Positions 6,650 to 13,237 of a stretch of 13,560 nt of DNA are shown here, piece by piece. Position numbers and translations under genes: made by a program. The stretch is from positions 1 through 13,560 of the forward strand of contig JAYUVP010000087.1 of NCBI GenBank assembly GCA_043753995.1, given 5' to 3'. This stretch comes from Fibrobacterota bacterium. Its GTDB lineage: Bacteria; Fibrobacterota; Fibrobacteria; UBA11236. The first letter of the stretch is position 1; each line of letters starts with the position of its first letter. Below the pieces are notes generated by a model. The model did no database searches and was not told where the DNA came from. It saw only the letters and a list, made by a program, of their open reading frames with translations.

Positions 6650-8235
6650 AAGTCGCTTTTTTCATAGGACTTTTTCTAGTAGCCTGGGTGTCGGCGAATA
6701 TTTCCTCGCCCATCGAAAGATACGCCATCGTCATCGGTAATAATCGCGGCCTGCCCAAGGAGAGGCCATTGAAATACGCAGCCAAGGATGCTGCAGAAAT
6801 GGCCCGAGCTTTGATTCGCGGCCAGGCCTTTGAAGATGACCGAGTATATTGCTTGCAAAATCAGCCACTTGAAAACATTCGTAATTCTATTTCGGAACTT
6901 CGTGGGCGTTTATTCGAAATCAAAAAAACCGGTAAAAAGACGTTGGTGATGGTGTATTTCAGCGGCCATGGCAGTAAAGGGGGACTGCATATCGAGGGTC
7001 GGCTGTGGAATCGGGAAGACTTTGTGGCCGCCTTCGACGAAATTCAAGGCGATTTAAAAATCTTGATCTTGGATGCTTGCGAATCAGGAGACTTTTTGCG
7101 CAGCAAAGGCATGAAATTAATTGATGAACGAATCATCGAACAAGAGGATTTACTGGGTACGCATGGCCGAATTCTTTTAAGCGCCTCCGCCAAGGGTGAA
7201 GCCGCCCAGGAAAGCGAAGATTATCGCGGCGCCGTTTTCACCCATCATTTGCTGAACGGAATTCGTGGCCTCGCAGATTATGACCAAGACGGGCAGATTC
7301 GCTTGCTCGAAGCTTTCGACTATGCCCAAACCGCCACGAGAAAAGAAAACAATTTCGGTGAAAGCGCTATGCAATCACCATCTTTTGATTTCGACGTAGT
7401 CGGCGAGAACGATCCCGTATTGGCCCGAATGGAAAAGAAAGACGTCCAGGTGCAATTCGTGGGATTAGATGCGGGCACCTTACGCGTCTTCGCCTATCCT
7501 TACAAGGAGGTGGCCTATCATCTTTATCTCACGGGAAGAAAAACTGCCAATATATCCATTCCCTCCGGACGCTATCTCTTTGCGGTGGGGGAAGCAGAAA
7601 AGTGGCTAGTGGCTGAATCAGATCTGCGTTGGGGGGCGCAAACTCAAATCCGAGCAGAAAGTTTTCGCCAAAAGCCTCGTCCGTTCTTTTCGCCGAAAGG
7701 TGGTGTGCCCGCCACGCTTTGGCAAGAACAGGTTGTTTTGCCATCCTTGCGGAGAGTCGCGGCCGTCGATCCTATCAACTTGTTTGAACTTGCTTATTCT
7801 CTGGGGCAAGCGGCGCATGATTTGACGCTCACGGTTGGATATGGCAAAGGCCGCGAAAGCCTGAGCACATGGGGCCTAAGCCAGCAAATGACGCAGTATC
7901 GCTTAGGATTGGGCAGCGCTTGGCCGATTTTCACGCGCTGGGGTTTTCAAACTTCGCTTGGCGCAGAAGCTTCGGTGAATATTGTGCAGCAGCGTGTGCA
8001 TGATAGTCGCCTGGACAATACTGACCTCGCTAGCGGCGGGCTTCGCAGCGATGCCGAGCGAAGCGCCTTGGTTTACGGTATCAGTTTGCCTGTTGGCGCA
8101 AGCTTTGATTTGCCCTGGCGAATGCGCCTGGCTGGGTCTTGGGGACCCGCGGCCTATACTTACAGGGAAGCGGCCGAAGGCCGCGTTTACAAGCTCCGCC
8201 CCGAGTTTAGGCTCGGCGGCGGACTGCGGTTTTAA
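6646..8235 (+). CDS. Exported caspase-family (peptidase C14) protease with a C-terminal outer-membrane beta-barrel-like domain
   Basis: Signal peptide MKVAFFIGLFLVAWVSA; 'RYAIVIGNN', 'LKYAAKDA', 'YFSGHG' (His108, 6967-6969), 'ILDACESG' (Cys145, 7078-7080), 'AAQESEDYRGAVFTHHLLNGIRGLADYDQDGQIRLLEAFDY'; amphipathic beta-strands ending in 'EFRLGGGLRF' with terminal Phe. ATGA overlap with the anti-sigma gene. Confidence 0.92.
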   Translation: MKVAFFIGLFLVAWVSANISSPIERYAIVIGNNRGLPKERPLKYAAKDAAEMARALIRGQAFEDDRVYCLQNQPLENIRNSISELRGRLFEIKKTGKKTLVMVYFSGHGSKGGLHIEGRLWNREDFVAAFDEIQGDLKILILDACESGDFLRSKGMKLIDERIIEQEDLLGTHGRILLSASAKGEAAQESEDYRGAVFTHHLLNGIRGLADYDQDGQIRLLEAFDYAQTATRKENNFGESAMQSPSFDFDVVGENDPVLARMEKKDVQVQFVGLDAGTLRVFAYPYKEVAYHLYLTGRKTANISIPSGRYLFAVGEAEKWLVAESDLRWGAQTQIRAESFRQKPRPFFSPKGGVPATLWQEQVVLPSLRRVAAVDPINLFELAYSLGQAAHDLTLTVGYGKGRESLSTWGLSQQMTQYRLGLGSAWPIFTRWGFQTSLGAEASVNIVQQRVHDSRLDNTDLASGGLRSDAERSALVYGISLPVGASFDLPWRMRLAGSWGPAAYTYREAAEGRVYKLRPEFRLGGGLRF

Positions 8236-8250
8236 AGCGCGAAAAGATTT

Positions 8251-8282
8251 TTGTCCACGATGGCGGGGTCGGCGCCGTCTAA
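8251..8282 (+). promoter_or_regulatory. Candidate ECF promoter, copy 2 (TTGTCCACG-N16-CGTCTAA)
   Basis: TTGTCCACG 8251-8259 and CGTCTAA 8276-8282; intergenic, just after the caspase stop; TCGG sits at the same spacer position as in copy 1. Confidence 0.65.
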
Positions 8283-8369
8283 TCCTTTACAACCCGCGTG
8301 ACGGACCGAAGGTGTTTCCGACAAAAACCTGCTTTTGGTAATGCCCGCCAGAACATCCACGAGAGACGT

Positions 8370-9242
8370 ATGACAAATATTTTTCGACTTCTGTCAATCG
8401 CTCTGACCTTTAATGCCTTGACCCATGTTGCTCACTCAGCATCGAATCAATGCTACTATAGCAGAGAACATTTTCTTGGGATGGGGAGCACATACACCCT
8501 CGACTCCACCGTCATCATTAAAAGAAAAAATCAGGAACTTGTAAGTCGTATTGCTTTTACATATAAAATAAACGAAGACACTATTTATTCCTCCTATAAA
8601 GTAACCCGCCCCGATGATTCAATACTTGTTGATTTGGCCGGTTCATTTGCTTTCAAAAACCGAGTATGGCTTTTTACAGACACGTCAGACCACGATACCA
8701 ATCTTATCGTGAATACCACCGCCACGTATTTTAATGATAAATACAAAATAGACTCTATCGTTGAAATGCGTATTTCCAGTACGGCAGAGTTGGATGAAAA
8801 AGAAATTCATTACAATACTGATTCGGCCCAAGTCCAATACAAAATTTATCCAAATCGCCCTCCAATTATAGATTCCACAGTATTTAATCAAGCCGGCCTT
8901 GTTAAATATTCCATTGAGGGTGACTCCATTCACGCGATTGACACATGCATTTCATTAGATACCATTTGCGTTTGTCATGGTGACAGACAAGATCGCCGTT
9001 TGGAATATCAAGTCATCAATGATCAAATTCAGTATGAACTTGAATTTTTTGTTGGGTATGAATCAGAAATACGTCACTTCTGGAGCAACAAGCAATCGAG
9101 CATTCATGGGTTGAATTCAAAGAGACGCGCCGTAACGCAATTCGACAGAACAAAGCGATTTACTCTCGATGGACGACAAGTTTACATCTCCAATGTGCCC
9201 CGTATCCCTAAATCACTCACTTGGCCACGAAAAGCTCAATGA
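8370..9242 (+). CDS. Secreted hypothetical protein with a basic C-terminal 'FTLDGR' tail
   Basis: ORF is open from GTG 8298; ATG 8370 gives a signal peptide (MTNIFRLLSIALTFNALTHVAHS-A). Beta-rich D/T/Y body; Lys/Arg-rich C-terminus containing FTLDGRQV; AT-rich codon usage. Confidence 0.75.
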   Translation: MTNIFRLLSIALTFNALTHVAHSASNQCYYSREHFLGMGSTYTLDSTVIIKRKNQELVSRIAFTYKINEDTIYSSYKVTRPDDSILVDLAGSFAFKNRVWLFTDTSDHDTNLIVNTTATYFNDKYKIDSIVEMRISSTAELDEKEIHYNTDSAQVQYKIYPNRPPIIDSTVFNQAGLVKYSIEGDSIHAIDTCISLDTICVCHGDRQDRRLEYQVINDQIQYELEFFVGYESEIRHFWSNKQSSIHGLNSKRRAVTQFDRTKRFTLDGRQVYISNVPRIPKSLTWPRKAQ

Positions 9243-9886
9243 CAAATCAATTGCGTTTCGGAAATGGGCGCGACTTTTCACAGATTAAAAGTTTAATAGC
9301 AACACTTACGCTATTCCTTGCTTCCAGCCTTTGGGCCGAAGGTATTAGCTCACAACTTAATTTTACGATTGGACCCGCTTTTGGAATTGCCCATGCCGTC
9401 GATGGAAAGCATGGTGGCATGGCTGCGGGAATCGTGTTTTTGGCATCCACCAGTCACCTTGAGATGGGCTCGTCCATTCAATTCATTGGTGAAATAACCA
9501 ACCCATTGAGCCATCACAAAACCGATCCTTCCGAGAGATATCTGAGCACTGAGTTTATTTCAGGACTAAAGCTTCCGATAAATAAAGTGATTTTTTCTGG
9601 AGGGCTTGGAGGCGGACTGCTTTGGGGTAAAGCACGCACTGAACTTTTTCGTAGCGATACGAATTGTGTGATGGGATTCTTTTCCATAGAATGCTTGGAT
9701 ACACCAGAAGTCACTAATCGTTACTATTCTCAAAATATCAGTACGATTTCCGTTTCTCCCTATGCTCGCGTAGATTTTCAACTAAAGCGATTTTTCGGAT
9801 TAGGAGTGATGTATAAAGCAATTTTAAATGATAAACAAGGTCTTGGCGTGTTTTCGATTTTATGGTATTATGGTAATAGGCAATAG
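9239..9886 (+). CDS. Hypothetical exported protein, probable small outer-membrane beta-barrel
   Basis: ATG 9239 overlaps the upstream stop (ATGA). Hydrophobic segment 'LIATLTLFLASSLWA-E'; alternating Gly/aromatic strands ('VIFSGGLGGGLLWG', 'FFGLGVMYK', 'FSILWYYG'). Confidence 0.65.
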   Translation: MTNQLRFGNGRDFSQIKSLIATLTLFLASSLWAEGISSQLNFTIGPAFGIAHAVDGKHGGMAAGIVFLASTSHLEMGSSIQFIGEITNPLSHHKTDPSERYLSTEFISGLKLPINKVIFSGGLGGGLLWGKARTELFRSDTNCVMGFFSIECLDTPEVTNRYYSQNISTISVSPYARVDFQLKRFFGLGVMYKAILNDKQGLGVFSILWYYGNRQ

Positions 9887-10400
9887 TGTCATAGTTGATT
9901 TAAGGAAAAAATCTGCTCATTATGCCCTCGGATTCTTGCTCACTATCTGCGGATGCGATGTCATTGATCCTCAGGATCATGGGCCTATCGATACCCAATA
10001 TTTATGGCAAGCTTGGGAAACCACGGGTTGGCATGGAGACCTGAGGGATTTTCCAGCAGGCACAGTAATCGTGGAGCGATATCACAACGATTCGACAGCA
10101 TTTGAAAATACAGGAACTGGGCCAGAATATCATATCCCGCGATATTGCAGACTTTATCACTGCAATCCTGATAACCCTGACACCTGCGTCTGGTACCACG
10201 ACAACTATTTTCATATTGAATCGGATACAGTATTGAATTTTTCTATTCCAACCATTAATGATAAGCGCACCATTTTAAGGTTGACGGACTCGAACTTCAC
10301 TTACCTCGATCGATCAATGCGCGCCCACTTTATCCCAAGCAAACGCGTTTTGGCAGACACCAATGGCGGCGATTTGACCATTCATTCCTCCGGTGAGTGA
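9870..10400 (+). CDS. Hypothetical lipoprotein, lipocalin-like
   Basis: ORF is open from 9828; ATG 9870 is the nearer start. 'RKKSAHYALGFLLTICG-C' lipobox; 'YLWQAWET' and 'TILRLTDSNFTY' resemble the GxW and ILxLTxxxL motifs of bacterial lipocalin-like domains. Start uncertain. Confidence 0.65.
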   Translation: MVIGNSVIVDLRKKSAHYALGFLLTICGCDVIDPQDHGPIDTQYLWQAWETTGWHGDLRDFPAGTVIVERYHNDSTAFENTGTGPEYHIPRYCRLYHCNPDNPDTCVWYHDNYFHIESDTVLNFSIPTINDKRTILRLTDSNFTYLDRSMRAHFIPSKRVLADTNGGDLTIHSSGE

Positions 10401-10428
10401 AAGGCCCGCGAAGTAACTCCGGTGGGGA

Positions 10429-10544
10429 GGTCGAGGCCGACAAGGCGGAAGCGGCGGTGGTGGACTGCGGAGAAAGACCCGTCACCGACGCGTTACGTGG
10501 GCAGGCCGAGACCGGGGGAGGCGGAGCCTCGCCCCGAAAAAAAA
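10429..10544. other. GC-rich multi-stem palindromic element between convergent genes
   Basis: GGTC-GA-GGCC (10429-10438) / GGCC-GA-GACC (10504-10513); inner CGGTGGTGG / CCGTCACCG; then hairpin CGGGGGAGGC-GGA-GCCTCGCCCCG (10513-10536) followed by A8. Confidence 0.5.
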
Positions 10545-10568
10545 GCTGCGAAGAAAAATAAGATGTGC

Positions 10569-11843
10569 CTATAAAGCTACGCGCTTCTTCTTCTCCGCCC
10601 GCCCGTCCAAACGCCGGTCGGGCATCAGGCCTAGGGCTTCCAAGCCATAGCGGTTGCGGAGGGAGCTGCGGCGCTGGGGCAGAATGACGCTCCCCGTGGC
10701 GCCATCCTTAAAGGTAACGCGAAAGAGACTGCCATTCGACGTGCCGCGGTTGATATAGTACATGACGCCATCCGCTCCGAATTTGATGTCGACGGGGGCA
10801 CCCGCTTCGGTAGCGAAATCGGAGACGGTTGTTGGATTTTCAATGTCCAATACTTTTATCCAACTGGTATTGTAGTCGGCGAAGAAGAATTTGCGATGAA
10901 AGCTGGATGGGAAATTGCGGGTTCCGGTGAACCCTGTGCCGGTGGGGGTATAGAAAGAGGCCGCGATAATGCAGCCGCTTTTATAGGCATGGATGGCGGG
11001 TTTGAATGTGCCGACTATGCCTGTGGTATTGGTCGGCACGGTATAGCCTTCGGCGCGTCCATAGCCATAATTGTGGCCTGCCGATAATTCATTCACTTCT
11101 TCGGAGGCATCACCAACTTCACAACCGAACATACGGCCTGTGACCTTGTCGATGGAAAAGGTGAAGGTATTGCGCATGCCTGCGGTGTATATCGCCTGGG
11201 CCTTGCCTGTGGTTTGGGTCATGAAGGGATTATCGGAGGGTATGCTGCCGTCCTCATTGAGGCGCAGGATTTTTCCGAGGACCATGGTCATGTCCAGGGC
11301 GCTGTTCATGGCGCGATTGCCCGAGGAGACATAAAGCTTGCCGTCATTGCCGAAATGAATGGCGCCGCCATCGTGATTGTCGCCGGTGCCGGTCGGGATT
11401 TCGAAAATCACTTGCTCGCCGTCGACACCACCCACCGCGGTATCCCCGTCGGCCTTGAAGCGGCTCACGCGATTGGTTTTGGCGGGTAGGGTGTAATAGA
11501 CATAGACCCAATTGGAGTCCGGGAATTTAGGATGAAAGGTGACACCCAATAATCCCTGTTCGCTAGATGTCGAGACGCTCAGCTTGAGGAAAGGCTTGGT
11601 GAGCAATTGGTTGTTTTTATACACGCGCAAGGAGCCGCTTTTGCTGCATATGAAAATTCGGCCGTCGGGGGCGATTTCCATGGCTGTGCCATCCAGGTTG
11701 GTGGCTAGGGAGGTTTCCGTAAAGCTCTTGTCGGTGAAGGTGGCTGCCGACGTCAAAACAAAGGTCCCTATCAGAATCGCAAAGGCCATTTTCAAGGCAG
11801 CGGGTGGGGTACTTGGCATGATGGACTCCAGGAAAGTTTTCAT
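10569..11843 (-). CDS. PQQ-dependent sugar dehydrogenase (glucose/sorbosone dehydrogenase family, beta-propeller), secreted
   Basis: 'MEIAPDGRIFI', 'SEQGLLGVTFHPKF', 'NHDGGAIHFGNDGKLYVSSG', 'GKILRLNEDGSIPSDNPF', 'GMRNTFTFSID', 'GHNYGY', 'FFADY', 'PVDIKFGADGVMYY'. The ORF-track start at 11942 lies in a terminator; ATG 11843 or 11819 precedes the signal peptide ('MAFAILIGTFVLTSAA'). Confidence 0.9.
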   Translation of the reverse strand: MKTFLESIMPSTPPAALKMAFAILIGTFVLTSAATFTDKSFTETSLATNLDGTAMEIAPDGRIFICSKSGSLRVYKNNQLLTKPFLKLSVSTSSEQGLLGVTFHPKFPDSNWVYVYYTLPAKTNRVSRFKADGDTAVGGVDGEQVIFEIPTGTGDNHDGGAIHFGNDGKLYVSSGNRAMNSALDMTMVLGKILRLNEDGSIPSDNPFMTQTTGKAQAIYTAGMRNTFTFSIDKVTGRMFGCEVGDASEEVNELSAGHNYGYGRAEGYTVPTNTTGIVGTFKPAIHAYKSGCIIAASFYTPTGTGFTGTRNFPSSFHRKFFFADYNTSWIKVLDIENPTTVSDFATEAGAPVDIKFGADGVMYYINRGTSNGSLFRVTFKDGATGSVILPQRRSSLRNRYGLEALGLMPDRRLDGRAEKKKRVAL

Positions 11844-11932
11844 ATCACTATAGCGCAAAAGGGTTTTGAGTTGCTGGCGCTTTTCGGCGGGACTTGAGCT
11901 GATTTCGGCACCTGATGACTCACCGTCTGGGC

Positions 11933-11965
11933 AAAAAAACACCCACCGTCCTTACGGACGGTGGG
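11933..11965 (-). terminator. Rho-independent terminator
   Basis: Minus strand reads CCCACCGTCC-GTAA-GGACGGTGGG-TGTTTTTTT: perfect 10-bp stem, GNRA loop, U7 tail. Confidence 0.85.
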
Positions 11966-12032
11966 CTCGTTTCGGTAACGGCGCTTGGGGAGGAGAAGTG
12001 AGGAGGGAAGGCGCCGCCCCGTTCCGACTCTC
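11933..12032 (-). ncRNA. Candidate approx. 100-nt small RNA with an anti-Shine-Dalgarno (CCUCC) loop
   Basis: Minus strand: stem (TCGGAACG..CGGCGC / GCGCCGTTACCGA) encloses the pyrimidine loop CTTCCCTCCTCACTTCTCCTCCCC, followed directly by the terminator; CGTCTAA lies 5 nt upstream (12038-12044). Confidence 0.45.
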
Positions 12033-12116
12033 ACAAGTTAGACGGTATCCCCAGCAAAACCCAGGGGTAGATATGTTTTCAAATTCAGCCCCCTGATTGC
12101 GGGCCACTTGGCTATT

Positions 12117-12452
12117 TCACGCAAATACGCGAAGCGAGCGGCAATAATCGCGTAAAATCGAGAGCCCACCGGTATAGCCCAAATCTCGCAGCTCCATATA
12201 GAGCCGCATGATTTTGCCCTGGGGATTGGCCTCAATGCGGGCATTTACCAGGGGAATATAGGGTTGCAGCTTGCGGCTGCCGGAGGGACGGCCTCGGCGT
12301 TTTCCCGGTTGAAACACGCGTTGATGCACGTGATTGTAAACCGTCCGACGGGAATAGCCCGTGGTGGCGGCAATGCGGGTTTGGGTCCAGCCTTGGCGAT
12401 GCAATTCCAAAATGCTCTGATGATGCTCGGGGAGCTCTGTTTGCGGGTTCAT
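12117..12452 (-). pseudogene. IS21-family IstA transposase N-terminal (HTH) fragment, or a domesticated HTH protein
   Basis: 111 aa; 'ILELHRQGWTQTRIAATTGYSRRTVYNHV' HTH and 'RKLQPYIPLV...RLYMELRDLGYTGGLSILRDYCRSLR' match the IstA N-terminus. The ORF stops before the DDE domain; no istB and no terminal repeats seen. Confidence 0.75.
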
Positions 12453-12570
12453 ACCGATAAGACGAAAAATGTTGTGTACATGTCTCCGCTTTTTCGATTT
12501 TTTTTCTTTCCGTCGAAGTTTGCCCTAAGCCGGGGGCTGAAGGGAGTAGCGAGCTTGTTATTGTTGTCTC

Positions 12571-13233
12571 ATGACTTTGCCCTGCAAGCTTGCTCCGAGC
12601 ATTTTAAACGCTGATTTTTCCCGCCTGGGAGAGGCGGTGACCGCCGTGGAGAAAGGCGGCGCCGACTTATTGCATTTCGATGTGATGGACGGCCATTTCG
12701 TCCCCAATATGTCCTTTGGGCCCGTGGTATTGCAGGCCCTGAAGCCGCGTACTCGCCTGCCACTGGACTGCCATCTCATGGTGCGCGATCCCGAGCGCTT
12801 TGTGGAATGGTTTGCCGATGCGGGTGCTGACTCCATTACGGTGCATGCCGAATCGACCGTGCATCTCGACTCTTTGTTGCGACGAATACGTCAGCGCGGT
12901 TGCCGTGTGGGCGTGAGCCTGAACCCCGCCACACCGCTATCCGTTTTAGAATGGGTATTACCTGATATCGACATGGTTTTGCTGATGTCGGTGAATCCGG
13001 GCTTCGGTGGGCAAAAGTTCATCCCTTATAGCTTAGAGCGGGCCAAGCAACTGCGCGCCATGTGCGAGGCTCGGGGACTTCAGACCGATATTCAAATGGA
13101 CGGTGGTATCAATTTGAATAATCTCGGTGACTTACGAAATGCTGGCGTGAATGTTTTTGTCGTGGGAACGGCGATTTTCCACAGCGAGAATCCGGTCGCA
13201 GCCACCCAGGCATTCAAGGCTGCCTTGGTTTGA
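12571..13233 (+). CDS. rpe: Ribulose-phosphate 3-epimerase
   Basis: 220 aa; 'LAPSILNADF', 'HFDVMDGHFVPNMSFG', 'DCHLMV', 'LMSVNPGFGGQKFI', 'MDGGIN'. Confidence 0.98.
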   Translation: MTLPCKLAPSILNADFSRLGEAVTAVEKGGADLLHFDVMDGHFVPNMSFGPVVLQALKPRTRLPLDCHLMVRDPERFVEWFADAGADSITVHAESTVHLDSLLRRIRQRGCRVGVSLNPATPLSVLEWVLPDIDMVLLMSVNPGFGGQKFIPYSLERAKQLRAMCEARGLQTDIQMDGGINLNNLGDLRNAGVNVFVVGTAIFHSENPVAATQAFKAALV

Positions 13234-13237
13234 TTGG

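Noticed and set aside
6973..6984. 'SKGG' right after the catalytic His as another cleavage site
   Set aside because: It lies in the folded catalytic core next to the conserved GHG; more likely coincidental than a processing linker.
8236..10420. Integron gene-cassette array for the AT-rich genes
   Set aside because: The genes overlap each other, leaving no room for attC sites, and no integrase is present.
10513..10544. Intrinsic terminator
   Set aside because: The hairpin is followed by A8 on the + strand and preceded by U8 on the minus strand, so there is no 3' U-tract in either direction.
11844..11942. N-terminal extension of the dehydrogenase from GTG 11942
   Set aside because: The start lies within the terminator stem and U-tract and would bury the signal peptide.
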